64,000 nt of DNA. It comes from an uncultured Chloroflexia bacterium. Lineage in GTDB: Bacteria; Chloroflexota; Limnocylindria; Limnocylindrales; CSP1-4. The first letter of the stretch is position 1. Every line of letters starts with the position of its first letter. The notes below the pieces were generated by a model, which saw nothing but the letters and a program-made list of their open reading frames with translations, was not told the DNA's origin and made no database searches. Of this stretch, positions 43,650-54,917 are shown piece after piece. The stretch is from the NCBI GenBank assembly GCA_963777975.1, contig CAVZSO010000003.1:210760-274759 (forward strand), in the 5' to 3' direction. Both the position numbers and the translations under genes were made by a program.

Positions 43650-44495
43650 GTGCCCGAAGCGCATCCTCGCCTGACCGTCGCCCTGACCTTCGACCATGAC
43701 GGCATCGCCTCGGAAGTCCGTCGCGGCGAGGGCCCGACCGGCATCTCGCGGGGCGAGTTCGGGCCGCGGGTCGGGGTCGGACGCATCCTCGGCCTGCTCG
43801 AACGCGAGGGCATCCCAAGCACCTGGTTCGTGCCCGGCCACACGGTCGAAACCTTTCCCGCCTCGGTCGCCGCCGTGGTCGATGCCGGCCACGAGCTGGC
43901 CTGCCACGGTTGGCTCCACGAGGACCTGGCGACGCTCGAGGCGGATGCGCAGCGCGTCGTCCTGGAGCGCTCGATCGAGTCGCTGACCCGCGCCGCCGGC
44001 GGCATCCGGCCGGTCGGCTTCCGGGCGCCGTACTGGTCGCTCGGCGCGGAGACCCTGGGCATCGTCGAGTCCCTCGGCTTCAGATACGACTCGTCGCTCA
44101 TGGATGACGACACCCACCTCCATCACGTCCGGATGGGCGACGTCCACGATGCGGCGGCGGGCGTCAGCCGGCTTGGACGGGAGGGTCGGCTGGTCGAGGT
44201 CCCGATCAGCTGGGCGCTCGACGACTGGCCCCATTTCGAGCCCTCGACCGCAGCCGTGGGGCCGATGTCGGCGCCATCCAAGGTCCTCGAGATCTGGCTC
44301 GAGGAGCTGCGCTACGCCTGGAGCGCGAGTGACGACGGCGTGCTGACGATCACGATGCATCCCGAGGCCATCGGTCGCGGCTCACGGATGCGCATGCTCG
44401 AGCGCTTCGTCGCGGAGGCGAAGGCACTCGACGGCGTCGTCTTCGAGCGACTCGATCGCGTCGTGGAGGGCTGGCTGGCAGGCGCCGCGGGTTGA
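43650..44495 (+). CDS. polysaccharide deacetylase (NodB homology domain) family protein
   Basis: 281-aa ORF with a GTG start. NodB motifs: TFDHDG, CHGWLHE, FRAPYW. Confidence 0.85.
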   Translation: MPEAHPRLTVALTFDHDGIASEVRRGEGPTGISRGEFGPRVGVGRILGLLEREGIPSTWFVPGHTVETFPASVAAVVDAGHELACHGWLHEDLATLEADAQRVVLERSIESLTRAAGGIRPVGFRAPYWSLGAETLGIVESLGFRYDSSLMDDDTHLHHVRMGDVHDAAAGVSRLGREGRLVEVPISWALDDWPHFEPSTAAVGPMSAPSKVLEIWLEELRYAWSASDDGVLTITMHPEAIGRGSRMRMLERFVAEAKALDGVVFERLDRVVEGWLAGAAG

Positions 44496-44565
44496 CCCGA
44501 CGGTCGTCGCGTCAGAGGATCAGACAGCACTCGTCACGCATAGCAGCCTCCGGCGACCGGCCCTC

Positions 44566-45381
44566 TCACTTCCGCAGCAGCAGGTCCAGACGTCGTGAGC
44601 AGATGGCCAGCCCGATGGCGCCCATCGCGCACAGGTAGGCGACCGGGATGAGGAGCTGCGGCCCGACGTCGCCGAGCGTCAGGGAGCGGATCAGGAAGAT
44701 GCCCTGGTAGAGCGGCGTGACCGCCACGATGGCCTGCAGCACGGGCGGATAGGTCGTGATCGGGAAGAACGTCGCCGAGAAGAGGAAGAGCGGGACCTGG
44801 ACGAGGGCGATGAGGTCGAAGTCCTGGATCTTCTTCATGTACGTCGTGGCCGCCATGCCGCAGGCGGAGAAGGCGAAGCCGATGAGCACGGCGGCCGGGA
44901 TGGACAGGATCGACCAGGCCGACTCGACGAGGCCGAGCAGGAGCATGACCACGTAGAAGCCGATGGCGTAGGCGGTGCCGCGCATGAGCGCCCAGCCGAT
45001 CTCGCCGATGGCCACGTCGGCGACGCCCATCGGGGTCGACAGGATGCCGTCGTACGTCTTCTCGAAGTGCAGCTTGAAGAAGATGTTGAAGGTGCTCTCG
45101 ACGATGGCCCCGTTCATGGCCGCGGTCGCCATCATGGCCGGCGCCACGAACGCCGCGTAGGGCACCGTCTGGCCGTTGGCCAGCGTCACGTCGCCGACGA
45201 TGGCGCCCAGGCCGAAGCCCAGGCTGAGGAGGTAGAACAGCGGCTCGAAGGCACCCGAGACGATGACCATCCAGATGCGCTTGTAGACGAGGATGTTGCG
45301 CTCGATCAGGTGGCGCGCACCGAGGCCCGGCAGGGGCAGGAAGAGGAAGTCCCGGGCTGGAACGGGCGTCGGCGTGCTCAT
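44566..45381 (-). CDS. ABC-2 type transporter permease
   Basis: 271-aa ORF with 6 TM helices and the ABC-2 (NodJ/DrrB-like) pattern. It is a paralogue of the upstream permease. Confidence 0.85.
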   Translation of the reverse strand: MSTPTPVPARDFLFLPLPGLGARHLIERNILVYKRIWMVIVSGAFEPLFYLLSLGFGLGAIVGDVTLANGQTVPYAAFVAPAMMATAAMNGAIVESTFNIFFKLHFEKTYDGILSTPMGVADVAIGEIGWALMRGTAYAIGFYVVMLLLGLVESAWSILSIPAAVLIGFAFSACGMAATTYMKKIQDFDLIALVQVPLFLFSATFFPITTYPPVLQAIVAVTPLYQGIFLIRSLTLGDVGPQLLIPVAYLCAMGAIGLAICSRRLDLLLRK

Positions 45382-45391
45382 CGGGTGCCCA

Positions 45392-46171
45392 TCACTTGAC
45401 CAGCCGTGCGGTCAGGCCGCGCCGCGCGAGCACGAGGCCGATCCCCGCGTAGAGCAGCAGCACGCCGATGTGCACCAGTGACGGGAGCGGCTGGGCGACG
45501 GCCAGGGTCAGATCGCGGGTCAGCGCAACGCCGTTGTAGAGGGGCGTCGCCCAGGCCACCACCTGGAGGATCGGTGGCAGCCGCTCGATGGGAAAGAACG
45601 TGCCGCTGAAGAGGTAGAGCGGCATGATCACGAAGCGGAAGATCATGCTGAAGGTCGCCGCCGGGTCGCCGGTGATGCGCGACGCGATGAAGATCATGAT
45701 CGGGCTGAAGGCGAAGCCGGTCAGCATCGCGGCGGGCACGGCCAGCAGCGCGCTCGGGCCGCGCGGCACGCCGAAGATCGTCATCACGATCAGGAACGCG
45801 GTCGCGGTCGTCAGCAAGCGGAAACCGATCCAGCCGAACTCGCCGACGAGCAGGTCCCAGGTGCGCAACGGCGTGGCCAGCATCGCCTCGTAGTTGCGGC
45901 GCCAGAGGATGCGGGCGGAGATCGGGAAGCTCGACTCGAAGGTCGCCGTCTGCATCGCGCCGCCGGCCAACAGGCCAGGCGCGATGAAGGCCAGGTAGGT
46001 CAGGCCCGCCGGGATGACCGAGCCCGCGCTCCCGCCGGAGCCCGACCCGATGAGGGAGCCGACACCGAAGCCCATGGCGATCATGAACAGGACCGGGTTC
46101 AGGAACGACGAGAAGATCGAGCCCCGCCACGTGCGCCGATAGACCCACAGGTGGCGTTGCAGGACGCGCAA
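45392..46171 (-). CDS. ABC-2 type transporter permease
   Basis: 259-aa ORF with a TTG start at 46171. An ATG at 46262 overlaps the ATPase stop but is in another frame. The true N-terminus may therefore be at 46262, with a frame break near 46175-46200. Confidence 0.8.
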   Translation of the reverse strand: MRVLQRHLWVYRRTWRGSIFSSFLNPVLFMIAMGFGVGSLIGSGSGGSAGSVIPAGLTYLAFIAPGLLAGGAMQTATFESSFPISARILWRRNYEAMLATPLRTWDLLVGEFGWIGFRLLTTATAFLIVMTIFGVPRGPSALLAVPAAMLTGFAFSPIMIFIASRITGDPAATFSMIFRFVIMPLYLFSGTFFPIERLPPILQVVAWATPLYNGVALTRDLTLAVAQPLPSLVHIGVLLLYAGIGLVLARRGLTARLVK

Positions 46172-46261
46172 GCCCGGGTTCGAAGAGGCCCGGGCCGGCG
46201 GTCGGGCCCGGGCCGGGGCCGCCTGCGGAGCGGCTGTCGATGGGCCGCGAGGCGACGGCCA

Positions 46262-47341
46262 TCAGTCGACCAGGGTGCGGCCGGTGAGGCGGAGGAAGAC
46301 GTCCTCCAGCGTCGCCCTGCGGATGAGGCTGCTCTCCGGTCGGACGCCGGCCGCGTGAAGTCGTTCGATGGCTGCCTCGCCGTCGCTCGTGTAGACCAGG
46401 ACACGGTCCGGTCGCTGCTCGGTCCGCTCGACGAGCGTCCCGAAGTCGACGCCGGCCACGGCCGCGTATCCGTCGACGCCGTCATCGAAGCGCAGCTCGA
46501 GCACCTCGCGCGAGACGTGCTCCTCGATCAACTGGCGTGGCGAGCCTTCGGCCACGATCTTGGCGTTGTCCATGACCACCAGTCGGTCGCAGAGCTGCTC
46601 GGCCTCGTCCATGTAGTGGGTCGTCAGGACGAGGGTCGAGCCCTGACGCTTGAGCTGATAGAGCCGCTCCCAGAGGAGGTGTCGTGCCTGCGGGTCGAGG
46701 CCGGTGGTCGGCTCGTCGAGGAGCACCAGGGTCGGGTCGGCGATGAGCGCGCGGGCGATGGTCAGTCGGCGCTTCATGCCGCCCGACAGCGGCTCGACCT
46801 GGCTGTCGGCACGGTCCGTGAGCTGGACGAATTCGAGCAGCTCCGCCGCGCGGCGCGCCGCATCGGCCCGTGGCACCTCGAAGTAGCGGGCGTAGATGAG
46901 CAGGTTCTCGCGGACGGTCAGCTCGGAGTCGAGGTTGTCGGCCTGCGGCACGACGCCGAGCTTGGCCCGGATCTTCGCGCCGTCGCGATCGGGGTCCATG
47001 CCCAGCACGCGGAGCGTGCCATCGCTCTTGGGCGAGACGCAGCCGATCATGCGCATGGTCGATGTCTTGCCGGCGCCGTTCGGTCCCAGGAAGCCGAACG
47101 CCTCACCGGGCGCGACGTCGAAGTCGATGGCATCGACGGCCGTGAACTCGCCGAAACGCTTGGTCAACCCGCGTGCGTGGATGAGCGCGCTGTCGCTTGA
47201 CTCGGTGCTCGCGGACGCGGTCTCGCTCGACGCGGTGCCGGTGGACGAGGCATCTGCGCGCGCGGTCGCGCTGGACCGAGCGGCGCCATCGGGCGTGGCG
47301 TCAGCGGGCATCGTCGGCTGGTCGGTCGGGACGCGGGTCAC
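46262..47341 (-). CDS. ABC transporter ATP-binding protein (NodI/DrrA-like)
   Basis: 359-aa ORF. Walker A is GPNGAGKTST, the signature is LSGGMKRR and Walker B is LVLLDEPTTGLD. There is a ~50-aa low-complexity N-terminal extension. Confidence 0.9.
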   Translation of the reverse strand: MTRVPTDQPTMPADATPDGAARSSATARADASSTGTASSETASASTESSDSALIHARGLTKRFGEFTAVDAIDFDVAPGEAFGFLGPNGAGKTSTMRMIGCVSPKSDGTLRVLGMDPDRDGAKIRAKLGVVPQADNLDSELTVRENLLIYARYFEVPRADAARRAAELLEFVQLTDRADSQVEPLSGGMKRRLTIARALIADPTLVLLDEPTTGLDPQARHLLWERLYQLKRQGSTLVLTTHYMDEAEQLCDRLVVMDNAKIVAEGSPRQLIEEHVSREVLELRFDDGVDGYAAVAGVDFGTLVERTEQRPDRVLVYTSDGEAAIERLHAAGVRPESSLIRRATLEDVFLRLTGRTLVD

Positions 47342-47549
47342 GGAGTGCGATGGTAGCCGTTCGCGGCCAGGGCTTCCGTGTGCCCGCCCGAATCAGCCGT
47401 TTTGCGAACCCAGGCGCTCGCCCACGCGGGCCGCGCGAGCAGCTTGCGAAGGCGCACCGAAGCATGCCGCGGCAAACTTCCGTGGAACTTGCCGGGGTGA
47501 TGCCAGCGTCCAAGATCACGGATGGACGGTTCGTCGCAGACTCGTTGTC

Positions 47550-48300
47550 GTGGACGCGATGCGGATCGGGCGGTCAGTTCGGGCGCTGCGACAGCGCAAT
47601 GGCTGGACGGCAAGGTCGAGCTCGCGAAGCGAGCGTGGGTCTCGCAGACTCGACGGTCTCCTGATGGATCGAGCTCGGCCAGGTCGACGGTATCGACGGC
47701 TTCCAAGCGATCGAGCGCGTTGTCGAGGCGCTCGGCGGCGTCTGCTCGATGTCCGGGTCCGCTGGAACGGCGAAGGTCTCGACCGCCTGCGCGACCGCAG
47801 GCTGCACGCCGCGATCAGTGGATGCCAGACGATGCGACATGCTCACGAGCTATCGATGGGATGGTCGGTGAAGACCGAAGTCACGTTCGACGATCCGCGG
47901 GGAACGCGGCTCGATCGACGTTCTCGCGCGGCATCGGACATCGGGACAGCGTTGCTCGTGGTCGAGGTCAAGTCGGCGATGCCGGACATCCAGTCGATGC
48001 TCGGCGACACTCGATCGCAAGGCGCGACTCGGCACCGATGATCGCGCGCTGAGCGCGGCTGGCCGAGCTCGGTCAGCACGCCTCGCGTCTGTTAGTTCTG
48101 TCGCGGACGATCGCGACGGAACCGTCGAGGCGCGATCGATGCTCACGCCGCGACGTCCTGCGCCGCGGCCTGCCAACGTCAGGAGCCGCGGCGGTCGCAC
48201 GCCTGGCTGCGCGACTCCGGGGCCGCAGTCCGGAGCCGATGGCCGGCATCATCTTCCTGTCAGATCTACCCACGCCGCGGGCGATCGCAAGGCGACGGCG
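47550..48300 (+). pseudogene. decayed XRE-type HTH regulator with a C-terminal nuclease-fold-like domain
   Basis: Fragments occur in several plus-strand frames: MRIGRSVRALRQRNGWT (HTH start), DVRVRWNGEGLDRL, ALLVVEVKSAMPDIQSMLG, GIIFLSD. No single frame is open across the region. The family call is from memory of actinobacterial HTH proteins and is not verified. Confidence 0.45.
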
Positions 48301-48646
48301 AGCGATCCGCCGTTCGTGGCTCGACGGTCAAGGAGCGAGCGCACGCGAGGATGGGCGCAGCAGTGCTTCCGTCAGGCACGTGACCAGGATCCGCGTGCGT
48401 CAGACACCCGTGGCCAACTCGGGCCAGGGCCGCAGATATGGCAGGAACCACACCGGCCTCGTCGTCACCCGAGACACGGGTCGACTGACGCTCGAAAGCG
48501 CCGGCCGCGCGACATGCGCTGCGGCTCGGGGTGCGCTGCAGCCGGGGTGCGCAGCGCCTACCGGGTGCGCAGCGACTGCGCGGTGCGGCTCAGGGACTGC
48601 TCGGCGACACGCGTCGCTGGTGGCCAGATCGCGCGAAGGCCGCGCG

Positions 48647-50645
<1,999 letters not shown>

Positions 50646-50647
50646 GG

Positions 50648-51292
50648 TTAGTCGTTGCCTCCGGATCCGGCATCGACGCCGGGCTGGTCAGGTGGAGCCG
50701 CGCGGCCGGATCGGCCGGCGGTGGTGCCGGGCTGACCGGCACCTTCGCTGGAGTTGGTGGCGACGGCGACGAGCGACGGCCGCAGGATCCGATCGCGGAC
50801 GCGATAGCCGCGCTGGATCTCGGCGACGATGGTGTCCTCGGGGACGTCGATGGTCTCGATCTGGGTCAGCGCCTCGTGCTGGCGCGGGTCGAACGGTCGT
50901 CCCAACGCCTCGATCGGCGTGACGCCCTCCGACTCGAGCAGCATCCGCAGTTTGCGGTCGATGGCCGCGATGCCCTGCACCCAGCCGTCACCGGTCAGTG
51001 GCTCGGGCATCGCCTCGATGGCCCGGTCGAAGTCGTCGGCGATGGCGATGACCTTGCGCAGCAACGACTCGTTGGCCAGGCCGGCCGTCGTCTCGCGCTC
51101 CTGCTCGGTGCGACGCTTGTAGTTCTGGAAGTCGGCCGCCGAGCGCTGCAGGGCGGCCAGGTTCTCCGCCGCCTCCTGGATGGCGGCATCGCGCTCGACC
51201 TGGAGCGCGGCGATCTGATCGATGAGCTGGGTGACGCTCGGCGTCTCGAGCGCATCGATGCGCTCCTGGGCTCGGGTCTTGTGGGTCGGCAT
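50648..51292 (-). CDS. grpE: nucleotide exchange factor GrpE
   Basis: 214-aa ORF with the GrpE blocks ADFQNYKRR and FDPRQHEA. It lies directly upstream of dnaK. Confidence 0.92.
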   Translation of the reverse strand: MPTHKTRAQERIDALETPSVTQLIDQIAALQVERDAAIQEAAENLAALQRSAADFQNYKRRTEQERETTAGLANESLLRKVIAIADDFDRAIEAMPEPLTGDGWVQGIAAIDRKLRMLLESEGVTPIEALGRPFDPRQHEALTQIETIDVPEDTIVAEIQRGYRVRDRILRPSLVAVATNSSEGAGQPGTTAGRSGRAAPPDQPGVDAGSGGND

Positions 51293-51302
51293 GCGCGGGG
51301 CC

Positions 51303-52364
51303 TCAGGCGTACAGGTGATCGACGAGCTCGTTCATCAGCGCGCTGACATAGCGAACGGTCGAGATCGCGTGGGGATAGGCCATCCGGGTCGGCCCGAGGA
51401 TGCCGACGACGCCCGACGCCCGGCCCCTGCGCCCGTATGGCGCCAGGACCAGCGCCACATCGTGCATCTCGATGGACCGATTCTCGGCGCCGATGTAGAT
51501 GCGCACGTCACCCGAGTCGGTCACCTCGTGGACCAGGTCGCCGAAGTAGACGCGATCCTCGAGCAGGGCGAAGACGCGGCGGACCTTGTCCGTCTGGGCG
51601 AACTCCGGCGCGGCCATGACGTTGAGGAGGCCCTCGCTGAAGACGTCGTCGACGGCCGTAGCGTCGAACTCGCGCATGGCTCGCTCGACGCGCTCGCCGA
51701 TCCGGGCGGTCAGACGGTCCGTCTCGTCGTCGAGCGGCAGCGCCCGGACGACGGCCGTCATCTCGGCCGCGGCCAGGCCGGCCAGCCGCTCATTGAGGCG
51801 ACGCGCGATATCGTCGAGTGCTGCTTGGTCGGTGCCAGCATCGAGCGGCACGAGGACCTGCTTGACGGCGCCCTCGGCCAGCACCAGCACGAGGCTGCCA
51901 AGGCGGTCACCGGTCTCGACCAGGTCGAGGCGGCGAAGGCGTGAGGCGTCGGCCTTGGCCGGCGTAGCCAGGCCGGCGGAGTGCGTGGCGCCGGCCAGCG
52001 TCGAGGCCGCCAGGCGGAACCATTGCTCGCTGGCGAACTCGACCTGCCCGAACTGGTGGCGGATCATGAGCTGCTCGACGGGCGCCAGGATGACCGCCTC
52101 GGAGATCGACTCGACGTAGAGGCGATAGCCGGCGTCGGTCGGCACGCGGCCGGCGCTCGTGTGCGGGCTGCGCAGGAAACCGGCACGCTCGAGCTCGGCC
52201 ATCACGTTGCGGACGGTGGCGGAGCTGACGTCAAGGCGGTGCTTGACGACCAGCGCATGGCTGCCGACCGGTTGGGCCGTGGCCACGTATTCCTCGATGA
52301 TGGCCCGCAGGATGGCCGCAGAGCGCGGGTCGAGCGGGCCGGGGCGGTCCTTGCGTCTCGCCAC
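51303..52364 (-). CDS. hrcA: heat-inducible transcription repressor HrcA
   Basis: ORF 51303..52409. The likely start is GTG 52364, after GAGGA, because the 52409 start would lie inside the CIRCE element. The N-terminal wHTH region is ILRAIIEEYVATAQPVGS. Confidence 0.92.
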   Translation of the reverse strand: MARRKDRPGPLDPRSAAILRAIIEEYVATAQPVGSHALVVKHRLDVSSATVRNVMAELERAGFLRSPHTSAGRVPTDAGYRLYVESISEAVILAPVEQLMIRHQFGQVEFASEQWFRLAASTLAGATHSAGLATPAKADASRLRRLDLVETGDRLGSLVLVLAEGAVKQVLVPLDAGTDQAALDDIARRLNERLAGLAAAEMTAVVRALPLDDETDRLTARIGERVERAMREFDATAVDDVFSEGLLNVMAAPEFAQTDKVRRVFALLEDRVYFGDLVHEVTDSGDVRIYIGAENRSIEMHDVALVLAPYGRRGRASGVVGILGPTRMAYPHAISTVRYVSALMNELVDHLYA

Positions 52365-52402
52365 GCCGGCAGATCCTCGTTTCGTCGTTCGCTTGTGCTT
52401 GG

Positions 52403-52429
52403 TTAGCACTCTCGGGCTGCGAGTGCTAA
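52403..52429 (-). promoter_or_regulatory. CIRCE operator (HrcA binding site), perfect inverted repeat TTAGCACTC-N9-GAGTGCTAA
   Basis: Read directly: ttagcactc (52403..52411), tcgggctgc, gagtgctaa (52421..52429). It lies 39 nt upstream of the proposed hrcA start. Confidence 0.92.
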
Positions 52430-52443
52430 CTCCGTGTGGGCGG

Positions 52444-52473
52444 ATGGTAGCAGTCGGGGATGCCGAGTGTCAA
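52444..52473 (-). promoter_or_regulatory. candidate hrcA operon promoter (TTGACA, 18-nt spacer, TGcTACCAT)
   Basis: On the minus strand, TTGACA is at 52473..52468 and TACCAT at 52449..52444, preceded by TGc (extended -10). CIRCE starts about 15 nt downstream of the -10, the classical arrangement. Confidence 0.6.
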
Positions 52474-52562
52474 CGCACGAGCGGATCCGTCGTCGGCTTC
52501 GCCCGCGCTGAGGCTCGCATCCGCGCAGGCGCGGATCTCGTTCCGCCCGATATCCTCGGACG

Positions 52563-53523
52563 ATGCGATTCGGAGCCGCCTTCTGGATCAACCGCACGAC
52601 CTGGCCTGCCCTGCGCGATGCGGCGCGACGCGTCGAGGCGGCCGGCTTCGACTCGCTCTGGGCGGACGACCACCTGCTGGCCGACGAGGGCGACTGGACC
52701 GACGCGAAGCTCGAGGGCTGGCTGACCCTGGCGGCCTGGACGCAGCTGACGACGCGCGTGCAGCTGGGGCTCCTGGTCGGGGCCAACACCTTCCGCAACC
52801 CGGGCCTGACCGCCAAGCTGGCCACGACGCTCGATCACCTGAGCGACGGCCGCGCCATCCTCGGCCTCGGCGCGCGGTTGGTTCGAGCGCGAGCACGAGG
52901 CATTCGGGCTCGACTTCGGGGCCGGCTTCGGCGAGCGGCTGGATCGCCTGGATGAGGCAGTCGGACTCATCCGGCGCCTGCTCGACGGCGAGCGGGTGAC
53001 GCACGACGGCCCGACCTACCAGATGCGCGACGCCGTCGTCGCCCCGCGCCCGGTGCAGCCTCGGCTGCCGATCCTCATCGGCGGTTCCGGGCCGCGCAAG
53101 ACGCTCCTGACCACGGCCAGGTACGCCGACCTGTGGAACGCGTACGGCGACCCGGCGCGGATCGCCGAGCGCGACACGATCCTGCGTGCCCACTGCGTCG
53201 CTATCGGACGGGACGAGCGGCAGATCGCCCGGACGGTGACGATGGAGGTCGTGATCCGCGATGACCCCGCAGACGCTCAGGCGGCCTTTGACGTGACGGC
53301 GGTGCGGCACGACATCGTGGGCAAGGTCGGCAGCGACGGCAGCCCGCGCGGACTGACGCTGTGGGGCCCGCCGGCGTCCGTCGCCAGCGGCATCCGCGCG
53401 TATGCCCAGGTCGGGGTCTCGGAGGTCATGTGGGTCTTTCGCGACCCCTTCGACCTCGAGACCATCGAGCGCCTGGGCGAGGTTCGAGCGGCGCTCGGAT
53501 CGATGGGCCCTGCCGACGGCTGA
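52563..53523 (+). CDS. LLM-class (luciferase-like) F420-dependent oxidoreductase, one frame break near 52871-52878
   Basis: ORF 52563..52955 carries the N-terminal part (FDSLWADDHLL...LGLLVGANTFRNPGL...ILGLGA). The +1 frame carries WFEREHEAFG. ORF 52996..53523 carries the rest (PRLPILIGGSGPRKTL). Confidence 0.8.
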
Positions 53524-53589
53524 TCCCAAGGCGCCCCAGGGCCGGCCCGATCGCCAGCCGGTGGACGAGTGGAGTCGGGTGACGGGCGT

Positions 53590-54876
53590 CTAAGCCACGA
53601 GCTCGATGGCCAGGGCACCGGCGAGGAGCCGCCCGCGGGCGGTCGATCGGATGCGGGCAGGGCCAGCTGGCTCGACGAGCCCGAGTCGGAGCGACGGTCC
53701 AACGTCGCCCGCCCGGCGGCAGCGAGCTGGTCGGACGCGAGCCCTTCGCGGGTGCGAAGCGCGAGCGACACCGTTTCAAGCTGGATCGCGCCATCGTCGA
53801 GCGTCTCGACGCCCCCGGGCGGGAGCTGCGGCCGTGCTGCAGCGCCCCGGTCGGTGGCCGCGGGCATGACGGCCGACAGATAGCCATCAAGCCGGGCCGC
53901 GTTCCAGGTCCGGCGCCGGCCACCGTCGAAGCCGTGCGCACCCGGACCGACGCCGACGGTCGGCCGGCGGCGCCAGTACGCCTGGTTGTGCCGGCTCTCG
54001 CCGCCCGGCCGCGCCCAGTTGGAGACCTCGTACCAGGCGAAGCCCGCTCGTTGGAGGCGCTCGTCGAGCCACAGGTACTGGTCGGCGGCTCGATCGTCGT
54101 CCTGCTCCGTGGCGGCGTCGCGACGCCAGCGGCGGGCCCCCGGTCGGACCGGCAGATGGTCGCCGGACGCCCCGGTCAGGCCCGCGGCGTCGGGGTCGTC
54201 GAGCGTCAGGGCGTAGGCCGAGACGTGGTCGATGGGCAGGTCGAGCGCCCGCTCGACCGTGGCCTGCCACGTCGCCATCGACTGGCCCGGGATGTCGTAC
54301 AGCAGGTCGATCGATCGGTGCGCGATGCCGGCACGACGCGCGTGCCGCGACCGCCTCGACGACGTCGACCGGGCGATGACGGCGACCGAGTCGTCGCAGC
54401 TCTGCCGCGTCGAGGCTCTGGGCGCCGAAGCTGACGCGGGTCACGCCGGCCGCCCGGAAGCCGGCCAGGTCGCCGCGCTCGTCCGGGCCGGGGTTGGCCT
54501 CGATCGTCACCTCGGCGTCGGCCTCGAGGCCGTACCGTCGTTCGATCCGTTCGAGAAGCGCCGCCACGTCCGCGGCCGGCAGCAGGGACGGCGTGCCGCC
54601 GCCCAGGTAGACGGAGTCGAGCGCCGGCCGCCGGACAGACCCGGGGCAGCCGAAGTCGGCGTCGAGCCCGTCGGCGCGCAGGTCGAGCTCGACCTTCACG
54701 GCCTCGACGAACGCCCCGACGCGAGCCGTCGGGCCGCGGGTCGTACGGCCGGTGTAGACGACGAAGTCGCAGTACGGGCAGAGCGAGACACAGAACGGGA
54801 CGTGCAGGTACAGCCCGACCGGCGGGCGAGGCGCCGTGCCGACCGGCGAGCTGTGTGCGTCGTGGTCCGGCGCCAC
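53590..54876 (-). CDS. hemW: radical SAM heme chaperone HemW (HemN-like), two frame breaks (near 54335-54345 and 53700-53715)
   Basis: ORF 53887..54876 has the radical SAM cluster motif HVPFCVSLCPYCDF. ORF 53277..54278 gives the middle part (HVSAYALTLDD). A third frame gives the canonical C-terminus, LVEPAGPARIRSTARGRLLAGALAIELVA-TAG, ending at 53590. Confidence 0.85.
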
Positions 54877-54917
54877 GGCGGCCCCTGCTGTGCGCCGGCG
54901 CGACGGCAGCGCGAGGC

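Noticed and set aside
46170-46200. tRNA T-arm-like string gggttcgaa and a local hairpin.
   Set aside because: No acceptor, D or anticodon arm context is present, and it lies within the 5' region of the ABC-2 permease. I saw no tRNA elsewhere in the intergenic regions inspected.
48527-48595. Three to four degenerate ~16-19-nt tandem units (cggggtgcgcagcg...) that might suggest a CRISPR array or minisatellite.
   Set aside because: The units abut each other without spacers, are imperfect and variable in length, and no cas genes are present. This is probably GC-rich low-complexity DNA at the edge of the decayed region after dnaK.
43606-48646. Calling the dnaK-dnaJ insert a mobile element or genomic island feature.
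   Set aside because: No integrase, transposase, tRNA target, or terminal inverted or direct repeats could be identified. It is therefore reported only as a finding, not as a mobile_element feature.
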